The notes: a model not told the origin generated them from the sequence alone. A DNA stretch of 64,000 bases from Eledone cirrhosa (GCA_964016885.1 OZ024751.1:16802001-16866000), one strand, 5' to 3'; positions 26,300 through 39,809 are shown, counted from the stretch's first letter. Translations and numbers: made by a program.

Positions 26300-26660
26300 C
26301 AACACCACCGCCATCACTATCACCATCACCACTAATACTACTACCACTACTACCACCACTACTACTACTACTAGCACCATCATCACCGCAACCAATACTA
26401 CTACTATTACCACCACAACTACTACTACCATTACCACCACAACCACTACTACTACTACCACCACCACAACTACTACTACCACCACTATTACCATCACCAC
26501 CGCAACCACTATTACCATTACCACCACCACTATTACCATCACCACCACCACCATCACCACCACCATCATTATTACAACCACCACCGGCACCATCACTACT
26601 ACTACTACTGCCATCATCACCATCAGCCCAACAAACACTATCATCACCCCAGTTAGTATC
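26300..26660. repeat. Degenerate (ACC/ACT/ATC)n trinucleotide tract
   Basis: Low-complexity tract leading into the 30-bp array. Confidence 0.85.
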
Positions 26661-28725
26661 GTCACCACCGCCACTATTACAACCAGCACCGTCACCCCCG
26701 CCACTATTACAACCAGCACCGTCACCACCGCCACTATTACAACCAGCACCGTCACCCCCGCCACTATTACAATCAGCACCGTCACCACCGCCACTATTAC
26801 AACCAGCACCGTCACCACCGCCACTATTACAATCAGCACCGTCACCACCGCCACTATTACAACCAGCACCGTCACCCCCGCCACTATTACAACCAGCACC
26901 GTCACCCCCGCCACTATTACAACCAGCACCGTCACCACCACCACTACTACCACCAGCACCGTCACCACCGCCACTATTACAACCAGCACCGTCACCACCG
27001 CCACTATTACAACCAGCACCGTCACCACCACCACTACTACCACCAGCACCGTCACCACCGCCACTATTACAACCAGCACCGTCACCACCGCCACTATTAC
27101 AACCAGCACCGTCACCCCCGCCACTATTACAACCAGCACCGTCACCACCACCACTACTACCACCAGCACCGTCACCACCGCCACTATTACAACCAGCACC
27201 GTCACCCCCGCCACTATTACAACCAGCACCGTCACCACCACCACTACTACCACCAGCACCGTCACCACCGCCACTATTACAATCAGCACCGTCACCACCG
27301 CCACTATTACAACCAGCACCGTCACCCCCGCCACTATTACAACCAGCACCGTCACCACCGCCACTATTACAACCAGCACCGTCACCACCGCCACTATTAC
27401 AACCAGCACCGTCACCACCGCCACTATTACAACCAGCACCGTCACCCCCGCCACTATTACAACCAGCACCGTCACCACCACCACTACTACCACCAGCACC
27501 GTCACCACCGCCACTATTACAACCAGCACCGTCACCCCCGCCACTATTACAACCAGCACCGTCACCACCACCACTACTACCACCAGCACCGTCACCACCG
27601 CCACTATTACAACCAGCACCGTCACCCCCGCCACTATTACAACCAGCACCGTCACCACCACCACTACTACCACCAGCACCGTCACCACCGCCACTATTAC
27701 AATCAGCACCGTCACCACCGCCACTATTACAACCAGCACCGTCACCCCCGCCACTATTACAACCAGCACCGTCACCACCACCACTACTACCACCAGCACC
27801 GTCACCACCGCCACTATTACAACCAGCACCGTCACCCCCGCCACTATTACAACCAGCACCGTCACCACCACCACTACTACCACCAGCACCGTCACCACCG
27901 CCACTATTACAATCAGCACCGTCACCACCGCCACTATTACAACCAGCACCGTCACCCCCGCCACTATTACAACCAGCACCGTCACCACCGCCACTATTAC
28001 AACCAGCACCGTCACCACCGCCACTATTACAACCAGCACCGTCACCACCGCCACTATTACAACCAGCACCGTCACCCCCGCCACTATTACAACCAGCACC
28101 GTCACCACCACCACTACTACCACCAGCACCGTCACCACCGCCACTATTACAACCAGCACCGTCACCACCGCCACTATTACAACCAGCACCGTCACCACCG
28201 CCACTATTACAACCAGCACCGTCACCACCGCCACTATTACAACCAGCACCGTCACCCCCGCCACTATTACAACCAGCACCGTCACCCCCGCCACTATTAC
28301 GACCAGCACCGTGACCACCGCCACTATTACAATCAGCACCGTCACCACCGCCACTATTACAACCAGCACCGTCACCACCGCCACTATTACAACCAGCACC
28401 GTCACCACCGCCACTATTACAACCAGCACCGTCACCACCGCCACTATTACGACCAGCACCGTGACCACCGCCACTATTACAACCAGCACCGTCACCACCG
28501 CCACTATTACAACCAGCACCGTCACCACCGCCACTATTACAACCAGCACCGTCACCACCGCCACTATTACAACCAGCACCGTCACCCCCGCCACTATTAC
28601 AACCAGCACCGTCACCACCGCCACTATTACAACCAGCACCGTCACCACCGCCACTATTACAACCAGCACCGTCACCACCGCCACTATTACAACCAGCACC
28701 GTCACCACCACCACTACTACCACCA
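26661..28725. repeat. 30-bp minisatellite GTCACCACCGCCACTATTACAACCAGCACC, ~69 units
   Basis: Exact 30-bp phase with no indels; four recurrent unit variants. Confidence 0.98.
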
Positions 28726-30049
28726 CCAACAATCTCAACAGATTCAGGTAAATTGTGTAAACTGTCATAGACGCCCGCTTGTCACACGCCTTGGACATTT
28801 TAAACTTCTCGGATTACCTTTCTCTCCAGATCTGAACGCCGCTTATTCCTTCTAAAGAGAACAGACCAATGTATTTATCGATCTCAAAAAGACAATAAGC
28901 CAAGATGCTCTCGTTGAGATTTGAACACAGAGCGCAATTGGCTAGCAAAAAATACCGAGAAATGTTTAATCCGACACCATAACACCTCTGCAAATTCGCC
29001 GTCTTTCCGCCAGATTACATACTGTATATAAATATTAAAAAAAAACATTTACATATATATATATATATCACTATTGATGAAGGTTTCAATGGACACCTTG
29101 CAATTTCATTTTGAGATATTGGGCAAGACATACACAAGAACCACATAACCATTGCAGCTAACCACGTAAATATACACTAAATAATTTACTAAAGCCATTA
29201 TCCCCTGATCGTCACCTTCTGCTTCTCACACCCAACTCCTACCCACAACAATCATATGGCAAACATTCCGCTAGCTTTATGTAATCATCATCATTTATTA
29301 TAGCAACACAGTAATATACGCTAAAAAAAACCCAATGGCAATAGCTTCATTAGGAAACATTTTCTCAAATCAACAATACCACAGTTACTAATAGATATCG
29401 CCGTACGGGCATTCAACAAAGTAATTATTGATGCACGTAAGCACCCCCCACCCCACCCCAAAAAACAACAAGTAGAACAGAAATATAAAGAAAAAAAAAA
29501 AAGAAAATCGCATCCATGAAGCCAACATAAAGAAACACAATCCCAATTATATAAAATAGCAAGCCTGACAAACCCTAGGGACAATCTCAAAAGTAACATA
29601 CTACACAAAAGGGAAAAATACTAGCTGATACAAACGAGACCTCAACAACATTAACAGCTCAGACATAAAACACAATAAATAAGGTAATACGAAATAATTA
29701 GAACATTCGCGTATATACACAAAAAAGAAGCAAAACAAATAAAAATCAAAACAACAGCGACAACAACAGCGACAACAACACGAACTGCAATAATTGTAGA
29801 AACAATGAGTTAGATAAATTATAGATTATACCAGTGTTTGCCGATGCACACAAATTCTACGCAACCAATTATAATACAATTTTAACCACAAAACAACGCA
29901 CCTTGCATTCTATTAGATTTTACTTTGGCCATAGTAACGAAACTAAAATATAATAACGAAACTAAAATAACATAATAACGAAACTAAAATATTACAAATG
30001 AAAGACTACATAGATATTCGAAGGGTATAATTTGTGGCTAGTCTAAAGT

Positions 30050-30310
30050 CTGTCTGTAAGCCAGGAGGCTCGTTAGACCGGCGATTATCTCGATTTAATG
30101 GTGTGAAGCGACCGAGAGCACACAGTTTTCTCCTGAACAGGACGCCAATCCATCGCAGGGTTAACCCCCCCCCTCCCCAGCTGTTGCTGGTACTCATTTT
30201 TAGCTGAATATACTGGAGCAACGTTAAATGAAGTGTTTTGCTTAAGAGCACAACACGAAACCCATCCCAGGAATCGAGCCCATGACATTACGAACGTAAG
30301 TTCAACACCC
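30050..30310 (-). mobile_element. SINE family B-related copy with a different tail
   Basis: ctcatttttagctgaatatactggagcaacg..cttaagagcacaacac..ccaggaatcgagccc. Confidence 0.7.
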
Positions 30311-30558
30311 TTGCTACGTATCTACATATACTTTGTAGCTGCAGTAACATTTAGCCCTCAAAATCCGGGTCACTTCATGAAAAATCAAAACAATTCCAAA
30401 TAACCAGATACGTGTATAACACGCTGAACACTGCTACAAAATCATACTGCTCTAAATTTTAAACTGCCTTTATCAAGGCTATGGGCCGGAAAACCTCAAT
30501 ATTGTGTTCGTGTTTTTCCTAAACGAATTTGTGGAAATGAATTACCAGGTCCGTGACT

Positions 30559-30922
30559 TGCTAGTAATTCTCCCAGTAAATCTATGAAGAGAGCCGTCTT
30601 CAACTGTGGACAGACTACAGTAACCTCTCCCCACATGACCCACTCGTGTGTACACTACATATGGACATGATAAAAATTCATCCATATTCGGGGTGGGGAT
30701 GAACAGCGAGTACTGTTCACAAGATGGCTTTTGAACCAAAGGATTGCTAGTAATGATCCCAGTAAATCTCTGTAGATGGCCGTTTTAAACTGTGGACAGA
30801 CTACAATAACTTCACAGACTCACACTGCATTCTCGAGTACTCTACACATGGACATGATATTAATTCACACATATTCGGGTGAGAAATCGACAGCGAGCCC
30901 TGCTCTCAAGATGGCTTGTGAA
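30559..30922. repeat. Diverged tandem duplication, ~185-bp unit
   Basis: ttgctagtaat..cccagtaaatct..aactgtggacagactaca..atggacatgata..catattcggg..caagatggctt occurs twice. Confidence 0.85.
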
Positions 30923-31029
30923 AAGTGAAGGAAGTTTTCAATATGTTGGAGGAAAGTGAGTGAAATAAATCACAAGAAATAGTTAATATATGTAATATTA
31001 AGGACTTTTCTTTGGTTGTTTCTTTTACA

Positions 31030-31500
31030 TTTAACCTCTTCTGTTTCTTATATTAACACAATTGCTGAGATATAAATATATGAGGAAAAGAAAAAAAAAA
31101 AAATAGATTGAGAAGAAAGAATGGAATGTAAAATAAGAAAATATAAAAATGGAAAAAGAAGGGAAAGGCAAGGGCTCAAGAGTCACAGAAGGATAGTGAT
31201 GGGCTCTGGGCTTAAGGCGCGGTGGTAATTGGGCTACGTACCGCGGACAAGACCGCAAAAGCATTCTCTCAGACAATGGTCACCAACACCCGCTGAAACA
31301 GCCACACACCCTCCCGGCGCTTCTTCCTCAGACGGGCCGCTGACATTCTTGCGGAGGAGCTCTGCAGTATCAGGTCCAAATACGCCTGAGGTCTGGACGG
31401 TGACCGGTGTGGAGAGGACAATCTCCGGTATTTGTTTATCTCCCATTCCTCTGCACTGCAAGCCGCAGTACCAGGGATATGCCTTCAAATATAGTTTAAC
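31030..31500 (-). mobile_element. CRE-clade non-LTR retrotransposon 3' fragment (restriction-like endonuclease)
   Basis: Joining frames: PGTAACSAEEWEINKYRRL / TPVTVQTSGVFGPDTAELL / EGVWLFQRVLVTIV*ENA, matching G.AA..AE..K..KY..L..F.P...ET.G..G..QR.S...RGNA; T-rich 3' UTR. Confidence 0.75.
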
Positions 31501-31519
31501 ACTACCAATGGGTTGTTTC

Positions 31520-31572
<53 letters not shown>

Positions 31573-31575
<3 letters not shown>

Positions 31576-31903
31576 TAAATCTTCGCTTATCCGGACGGTC
31601 AAAACCAAACAGTTAGAAAAAGATTCGGTTAAGTGAATTCTAAAATCCCATTGTTACATAATGCTCGTGGTTTCTAATGTTTTGGCTTCTTTTAGTCAAA
31701 ATAAGACAAATGCTAAGTAAAGAAAATTTATTAGAATAACAAAAGAACAGCTAGAATTTATAAGAAAATTAATTAAACAAACATAAGAATAACTAAAAAC
31801 TTGGTAAAACTGAATTGAGTCAAACCATAACAAGTTTGTACTTTTTTTAAAATGAATAAATAGTAGTATAGAAATAGCCGTCCGCTAAATCGAAGATGCA
31901 CTG
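31573..31903. mobile_element. Tigger/pogo-type MITE
   Basis: TA|cagtaaatcttcgcttatccggacgg ... ccgtccgctaaatcgaagatgcactg|TA; imperfect 26-bp TIRs. Confidence 0.85.
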
Positions 31904-32324
31904 TATATATATATATTGCCTTCAGAAGTAACTTAACGCAATGACTTCTTAATCATATTTAAGAAACATTAAAGCTGCCTTTATATTGAGACTGATTTCA
32001 TATTACTAGAAATAGCACAAAGAAATTAGAAATGACGAGGGCATGCAGTTAATGGCAATTCTATTTCTAACTTAATAATTTACAATTATAGGTGGACTTA
32101 AATACTTTTTACTGGAATATTAATTACTTTACTAACAGGATTGGAGGAGGGGCTCTTAAACCTAGAAACTATTATATCTATAACATCAACACATATATTT
32201 CTGTCACATATATACAGGTTACAATTTTATAGACCGACCTTTCCTATTAAAACAAAACACCGTTAAAGCACACACATACACGCACCCGCGCACACGCACA
32301 CACATACATACATACATACATACA

Positions 32325-32503
32325 TAAAGTATTTCCGTAGGAAAGGTAAAGAGTGCCCTATGTAGGCTACAGAGCTTTTTAGTTATGTAATAAACAACAG
32401 AAGATAATTCATTTACCAATGGTTTCTTGAAGACAGATGCTTGTGTCTGTCTTCAAGAAACCATTGGTAAATGAATTATCCTATGTTGTTTATTACATAA
32501 CTA
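32325..32503. repeat. Fold-back terminal-repeat element (inverted repeat 32380-32503 plus one-sided tail)
   Basis: ~58-bp arms, nearly perfect; each arm has a hammerhead 3' half GAAA ccattg GTA. Confidence 0.85.
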
Positions 32504-32568
32504 TATATATAAATATATATAATATAATGATAAGGAACATATTCAGCGTTGCATCATAGCATATTTAA

Positions 32569-32662
32569 TAACATATTACATGTTTCTCTATCGATCAGCT
32601 CAAGGAAAGATCCATTATAGATCGAACCCGACTCTGTAATCGAAAGTTCGTCAGATATGTTA
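32569..32662 (-). ncRNA. Type I hammerhead ribozyme, intact core, long stem II insert
   Basis: Minus strand: taacatat CTGACGA a ctttcgatta..tgatcgatag a GAAA cat GTA atatgtta; perfect 8-bp stem I; decayed relatives at ~53315-53420 and ~54830-54880. Confidence 0.85.
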
Positions 32663-32748
32663 GGTATATGAGTGAGTTCGTCATATATATATATATATAT
32701 AAAATAAACTAAAATAAGCCAAATATTTAAAATTTGGCTTCGTTTATT

Positions 32749-32803
32749 ACTGCTATATATATTTCGGTGACAGCCATCTTTGGCTGTGACCTTTTCAGGC
32801 ATT
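32749..32803 (-). ncRNA. Degenerate type I hammerhead (G8>A)
   Basis: Minus strand: tgc CTGAAAA ggtcacagcca-aaga-tggctgtcacc GAAA tata TA gca. Confidence 0.6.
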
Positions 32804-33043
32804 CCGAATTAGTGTGGTAGAGACGAGTACACATGTTGTTGAGGTGTTTAACTTTGTCAATACTCTGATATGCCCAGTTTCTGGTTGGGTTGTTATTTCA
32901 CTGAGGAACTGGAATCATATGATTCAATACTCATCTTTTTCCATTTCTCCGAGGGTTCTTAACCCCACTATCAGGCTAAATAATTTCTTTAATTTCTTTA
33001 GTCAAAATACGCTCGCTGTTTCGAGAATATTCTTATATATATA

Positions 33044-33138
33044 TAGGATGTCTCGAAAACATGTATACATACTTCAATAGCATTTTAATAAATATTGCTT
33101 GTACAGGTCATCAAAGTATTATACATTTTTGGGACACC

Positions 33139-33141
<3 letters not shown>
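33044..33141. mobile_element. Tc1/mariner-type MITE, second copy
   Basis: taggatgtctcgaaaacatgtataca ... tatacatttttgggacaccctg|TA. Confidence 0.75.
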
Positions 33142-33184
<43 letters not shown>

Positions 33185-33191
<7 letters not shown>

Positions 33192-33316
33192 TGTAATAAA
33201 CAACATAAGGCAATTATTCCATGGAATAATTGCCTTATGTTGTTTATTACATAACTATTAAGCTCTGTTACCTACATAGAGCACTCTTTTTTCCTGGACT
33301 TTACCGACGGAATTAC

Positions 33317-33320
<4 letters not shown>
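33185..33320. repeat. Perfect 74-bp palindrome (33185-33258) plus tail; same family as 32325-32503, opposite orientation
   Basis: Centre CCATGG at 33219-33224; tail aagctctgttacctacatagagcactc is the reverse complement of ~32351-32378. Confidence 0.9.
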
Positions 33321-33356
<36 letters not shown>

Positions 33357-33639
33357 GCGTGTAAAACGTAAAAATAAATAAGTAAAGGAGACAGTAATGT
33401 GAAGAAATACATGATTAGTTGAACGCTTAAAATTCTTAATTATCTAAAGTACTTAAACATAGTGGTTTGCTGTTTGATTGTCTGAATACTATACTGACAA
33501 GAATTAGACATCAATGTATAAGCAATACGAATATGTTAAAGGAAACTGTGTTCATAAGATACAGGAAATATTCATGGAAATGTGTGACATTGTAACAACA
33601 GAAAATACATACAAAATATTAGAGTATTTATTCATACGA

Positions 33640-34278
33640 TAATTGTTTCTACTTTAGGCACAAGGCCTGCAATTATCCCAGTGCATTACTGGTACTTTAT
33701 TTTATCGACCCCGTAAGGATGAAAGGTAAAGTCAACCTCGGCGGGATTTGAACTCAGATCGTAAAGGGACGTAACTATGCTGGAAAGCATGGCGTCCGAC
33801 CCTCTACCGATACTGCCAATCCACGATAATGGTTTCTGATATAGGCACAAGGCTATCAATTTAGTGGGAGGGGAAAGTCGATTAAATCGACCCCATTGCG
33901 TGACTGGTGCTTTATTTTATCGACCTCGTAAGGACGAACGGCAAAGTTAACCGCGGCGGGATTTGGACTCAGACCGTAAAGTGCCGTACCTCTATGACGT
34001 TATGGTTAACTTTTCCTTTCATCATTACGGGATCGAAAAAATAAAACCTGTCTCGCAATGGGGTTGATTTAATCGATTTCCTCTCCCCCAAAATTGCTGG
34101 CCTTGTGCCAAAAGCAGAAACAATTATTATCCTTTGCTAAGAGAGTTACGGCGTTTAACGTTCCGAGGTCAAATCCCGCCAAGGTTTACGTTGCTTTTCA
34201 TCCTCGATAAATTAAAGCACCAGTCATGCAGTGGAGTTTTGTAATTGCTGGCCATGTGCCAAAAGTAGAAACTATTAT
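33640..34278. mobile_element. Cluster of four SINE family A copies (two minus, two plus)
   Basis: Repeated core and tail motifs in both orientations. Confidence 0.85.
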
Positions 34279-34768
34279 GGTATGAATAAACGAGGACATA
34301 TACAAATCAATGAAAACATTTTGTTAACATTTATAAATAAGATTTATTGTAATAGAATTCAACATAACACTTGCTTTGCCCTCATTAACATTTCAAACCA
34401 TTGTTTATAAACATTTGATAAAATCGTTTGGATATCTGTCCGTATTTTCTGTTTCAACCAGACAAAAGAATACACAGTTAAAGCATATCGTAAATAAACT
34501 AGATTGATTGATTAAGTGGATTAAAAAGAAAACTACTTTTGAATTATTCAGTGTAAACAAACTTATAATTTCATTAAGAAATGGCGAGGCAGAAAATATA
34601 GAACAAAAGAAAAATCGAATATTTATAGTTTTAAAATAGATTTTTCAGCATTAGGGTGCGATATATGTATCATTAATATGTAAATCATTTGTTCACAAAC
34701 TATAAATTCTTTAGAAGAAAACAATGTTTATAGCAAAAAATTGAATATATATATATAATAGTATATGG

Positions 34769-34799
<31 letters not shown>

Positions 34800-34985
34800 A
34801 CTGTTTCTACTTTAGGCACAAGGCCAGCTATTACCCAGTGCATTACTTGAACTTTATTTTATCGACTCCGTAAGGATGAAAGGCAAAGTCCACCTCGGCG
34901 GGATTTGAACTCGGATCGTAAAGGGACGTAACTATGCTGGAAATCATGGACTCCGACCCTCTACCGATACTGCCAATCCAACGCG
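34800..34985 (-). mobile_element. SINE family A
   Basis: Full-length reverse-complement copy. Confidence 0.9.
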
Positions 34986-35254
34986 TTATATATATATATA
35001 TAACGGCGATGAATTAGTTTTGTGAGGTTTTTGATATGAAATCGTGTGTCGAAACAAATATTGTTATACTTGGGGAGGGTCATATTTTTGTAATATTGCC
35101 AGAATTAATAACAGAACACACTCACTGTTTGGTTGGTTTCGGCTTTTCGCTTCTGTGTCTTTTATATCGGTAATCTAATTTATTCGGTCCTCAATGTTGC
35201 CATTGACTGACCAACGGTCAAAAATAATACAGATACAATATAGACACAAACACG

Positions 35255-36040
35255 TATATATAGTTTATCAAAGTTCTTTCGTTGCACATCTGCAACATCG
35301 TCAGTGGTGCTATTGTTTCCTCCCGTTGCATTGTATTTTTACGCCATCTTTATTTAGTCTGTTTAGATATTTATTTATTTGTTTATTTTATTTTGTCTTC
35401 TTTGCGTATGCGTTTGCGTGTGTGTATAGTGTTTTGTTTGATGTGTGTTCGTGATTGGGTGACTGTGTATTGGTTAATGTATTCTGTGTTTGTTGTTATT
35501 GTGCTTGTGTATGTATTTATTTATCTATTTATTTATTTATACTTTTCTTAGGTCAGTGTTGTTTGTTTGGGTGTTGTTGTTATTCCATTCATTCTTTCTG
35601 TTTAGTCTTGGCCTTCTAAGTTCTATTTCACTGGCCTCTCTGATTTGCCTATCTGCTGGGTCATTTCTATGTTTAGATATTATTCTAATTTCTATGTTGT
35701 CTATGTTACCGTCGTGTTGTTGTCTGGCATGTTCTTATAGTACTGACCCGTTTTTGCGTCCTTTTAGTTCCCCCCAGTGTTGGTCTATACTTTCACCTAT
35801 GCTACGAGCTGTCTCGCCTATGTATGTTGTTGTCATGTTTCTGCAAGTACCCACTGTACATCTTATCCCCATGTTTATAGACCACGTTTCTAGTTTTACA
35901 GTTTATCCGGGGGTTTACCTTACATATGATACATTTCCTATTAGTACAGTGGGTTTTCTTAAAAGGGTAGGTTTTGCTGGTCAGGGACTTTATGGTTGTT
36001 CCTGGCTTTTCTACCACCTTAATCTTTAAGTGGGTCGGAG
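35255..36040 (-). mobile_element. Neptune/Nematis-type PLE 3' fragment: zinc-finger linker, GIY-YIG, 3' UTR and hammerhead
   Basis: KIKVVEKPG..CTNRKCIIC..NCKTRNVVY; YIGETARS; EHARQQH; RQIREASEI..PRLNRKNEW; frameshifted. Confidence 0.85.
35266..35310 (-). ncRNA. Minimal type I hammerhead with weakened stem I
   Basis: Minus strand: cacca CTGACGA t gttgca-gatg-tgcaac GAAA gaac TT tgata. Confidence 0.65.
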
Positions 36041-36445
36041 ACACTTGGTCTATTGGACTATCATGCAAATTAGTGTCGGAGATACTAATTTGCATAATAG
36101 GCCAATAATAAAAAATAAAATTAGTAACCCCACCATCCGTGAGCTTCCAACCGACATGGTCACATTCTTTAAGGGTATGTCAATATTTGTTTATAAAACT
36201 AATCTATATTATATTTTATGTGATAAAAGCGCACCATAATTTGCTTTGGTGTCCTTGAAATATGTATAATGAAATAAATATAGTTTCATAAATATAGTTT
36301 CCATTTGTTAATATATTGTATTTTTACTCCAAAAGTTTGTTGAGTGCTTTATATCAGTTATATAAATATTTGCTTGTTGTATCCCAACAAATTAAATATA
36401 ACTTCTACATATATTTTGCTCCTTTACTGTCGAGCGCTTTATATT

Positions 36446-38218
36446 ATGACTGAAAGATAATGGAATTCTTTAAGATCTCTTCTTCTCTAAAGGACATACC
36501 TATACCTAGGAATAAAGACTTTATAAAACGATTAATAGAAAAATCAGACTCATTTATAAGAAGAATCAGGTGGCGTGCTTTCCACTTCGATACATTTGAT
36601 GTAAAAGAAAATATTTCCAATCTTGATAGAATCTTCAAATCTAAAAAAAACCACCTTCCAACAAACTACTAATGGATTTTGAAAATGAAATCATCTCTAA
36701 GGAACTAATGAAGTTATCGAATGGTTTAAAGACATTAAATATAATTATAATAATAAGTTTATTCAATTGGATATTGCTAATTATTACTCATCCATCACTC
36801 CTAATCTACTTAATAAAGCAATGACATATGCATTTAAACATACAGACTTAACTAGTAATGAAATGCACATTATCCTAACGGCACGGAAAACATTAATTAA
36901 ATTTAACAACCAATTCTGGACTTGAGCAGATAGAGATAATAATTTCGATGTCACTATGGGGTCATTGGATTCCGCCCAGGTAACGGATCTTGTGGGGCTT
37001 TTTATAAATAATACTCTACACAGAAAAATACCGGAGATGACCGGAGGTTTATATCGCGACGATATGCTATTACTTATCGAAAATAATAACTGTGAATTAA
37101 ATAGGAAAAGAAAAGAAATTATACAATTTTTTAGTTATCTTAATCTTAAAGTAGAAATAGAGAATAATTATAAAATAGTTAACTTTCTAGATGTAACCTT
37201 AAACTTTAACACATGTCTTCATTATCCATTTCACAAATTAAACGAAAACTTAAACTACGTTAATTTAAACTCCAATCACCCCAAATCCGTTAAAAATACT
37301 ATAGTAAATTCTGTACAGCAACGCATTTCTAGAATTTCAGCTAATAAGAATATGTTTGATGATAAAGCACAATATTACAACGAAGCGTTAGGTAGAGCTG
37401 GATATAGCAATAAAATTAAATACATTGATAATAATAATATAACAACTAACCATAATTTTAACAACTATAATAGAAAACCTTACAATAATTCGGAAAACAA
37501 AAAAAGAAATAGAACTAGGAATATATTATGGTTCGCTCCTCTTTTCTCATTAAATATTAAAACTCCTATTGCTAAACTATTCTTTAAAGCTCTTGACAAA
37601 TGCTTCCCTAGAACACAGATATTACTCAATATTTAATAGACATACTATAAAATTAACATATTCAACCACCAGTAATTTAGCGCAGAATATTAATAGAATT
37701 AATAATAGAAACTTAAAACCTAACAAGAATACCATTAACGACTCCCCAGCAATATCTAATTTAATAATACGGCTCCTAGTAACTTGAATTTTGATAAATG
37801 TAACTGTAGAAATAAATCTGTCCGTTAAATAACAATTGTTTAGCTAAAAATATAGTATATAATTGTAATGTAAAAACTAATTTAAATTCATTTAATTATG
37901 TAGGTTCTACTTCCACAGATTTTAAATCTCGCTTTAATAACCATAAATGCTCTTTTACGAATATAAATAAAAAAATATTCAACTTCTCTATCTAGATTAC
38001 TATGGGACCTAAAATTAAAGCACATTAACTATTCTTTACTTTGGAATATTATTTCCAAAGCTCCTCCATTTAAATCCTCTTCGGAAAATTGTGCTCTTTG
38101 TATAGAGGAAATATTCTTTATATTAAAAAGCAAAAATTCTGTGAATTTAAGGAACAATCTTTTCAGTTGCTGCAAACATAGATTAAATTCAACGTTTAAA
38201 TATAAATTTAAAATGTAA
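36446..38218 (+). pseudogene. PLE reverse transcriptase plus C-terminal GIY-YIG endonuclease, disabled
   Basis: FIRRIRWRAF; FIQLDIANYYSSI; FDVTMGSLDSAQVTDLVG; GLYRDD; NFLDVTLN; SNHP; IFNRHTIKLTYST; CNCR; NIVY..YVGST..FKSRFNNH; CALC..E; CKH; apparent deletion near 36700 and several frameshifts. Confidence 0.92.
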
Positions 38219-39747
38219 TATATAACTCATCTTATTAAACCTATCGATAAATCATTAGATTCCTTCATACGACTGCCAAAAACTCTCTTAAATGAAGAAA
38301 ATTATTTTCATTAAAACTTTTCCTTGAAAATTCTTCCAGATAAACAGTTATCCATTTTTTTAAACGGATATAAAAAATTAAGATAAACATACTGAAAGTT
38401 TCTAAAAAAAAGTATTTTTGTTAATTCCTCTGATGGATATAAAAAATAATTCATATTTTATACTGTGTTTTTTCTATATATTCTTATATATATTTTAAAA
38501 TTATATTGCTTAAAAATTACATTGCTTAAAAATATAATTCCTTCTAAAATTATATAATTATATCTTTTTAAAAATTGTAATTCTTTTAAAAATTATAATT
38601 ATTTAAAAATTATAACTCATATTTTATTTTATATTACGTATTTTGTATTTATATATATATATATATGCATATGTGTATATGTATGTGTGTATATGTATGC
38701 ATATATATGTATATGTATGTATATATATATATATATATGCATATATGTATGTCTGTGTATATGTGTGTGTATATATATCGAAATGTATAATTTGAATACA
38801 TTCTATGAATGAACTCATATAAAAGGTTTTTTACGGTTTATGCTTTAGATATATTCTTATGAAAAACTTTAAACATTAAGACGTTATAGTAAACAAACTT
38901 ATATTTTAACAGTCACAACTGTATAACAGGTGGATTTATAAAATATATAAAATTATAACTTACTATAAAATAATATAAGGTTCTCGTATAATCTTAAATT
39001 TGTTATCATCTTAACTTTTATAACATTTAATCCTTAGAACTATCTAAATTACAAATAAATCAATACATTTTCCCTCACGCTGTATTTCTATTAGTAAGAA
39101 GAGATTTTCCTTCGGTTTAATCTCTGAACATTCCTATTTTAAACATATAGTTTGTTATTTCTTATAAGTTTTATTGTTAATTGGAAAATTAATAATTAAT
39201 TGTTGGTTGATGATTAATAATAAATTTATGTAAGGTTATGTAATAATAACATATTTTAATATTTTTGATGGTATATATATAATATATATATATATGTATA
39301 TATATATTTTTTAAATAATATATAGATCTCGATTTTTAATTTATAGATCTCAATAATTTAATCAAATTTAAACATTAGATAAAATTCTCCGGTTATTACT
39401 ATTTATTTATTTATTTATCCACGCTTTATTTATTTACTCCGCGTAATTCATCCAATATATATTTATCTTTTCGCTTCATCTCATAAAATTACGTTAATAC
39501 AACACTCTCTCACTTAGGGTTTTCTCTTTCTCTTTCTTTTGTTTTTCTTTCATTCTTTCTTTTTCTTTTTCCCTATTCCAACGGCTTAATTTAAATGTAT
39601 GGGATTTAAACCTCTCCGACACTAATTTGCATAATAGACCAATAATAAAAAATAAAATAGTAACCCCACTATCCGTGAGCTTCCAACCGACATGGTCGCA
39701 TTCTTTAAGGGTATGTCAATATTTGTTTATAAAACTGATCTATATTA

Positions 39748-39809
39748 TATTTTATCTGATGAAAACGCACCATAATTTTCTTTGGTGTCCTTGAAATATG
39801 TAAGAAATA
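39748..39809 (+). ncRNA. Type I hammerhead in the 3' pseudo-LTR
   Basis: tattttat CTGATGA aaac gcacca..tggtgt cctt GAAA tat GTA agaaata; 5' LTR copy has a mutated core (GTGATAA, ~36220). Confidence 0.65.

Noticed and set aside
26661-28725. CRISPR-like 30-bp periodicity
   Set aside because: Units are contiguous with no unique spacers; eukaryotic context and no cas genes
26003-28798. 931-aa Val-rich minus-strand ORF
   Set aside because: Antisense read-through of the minisatellite; implausibly hydrophobic
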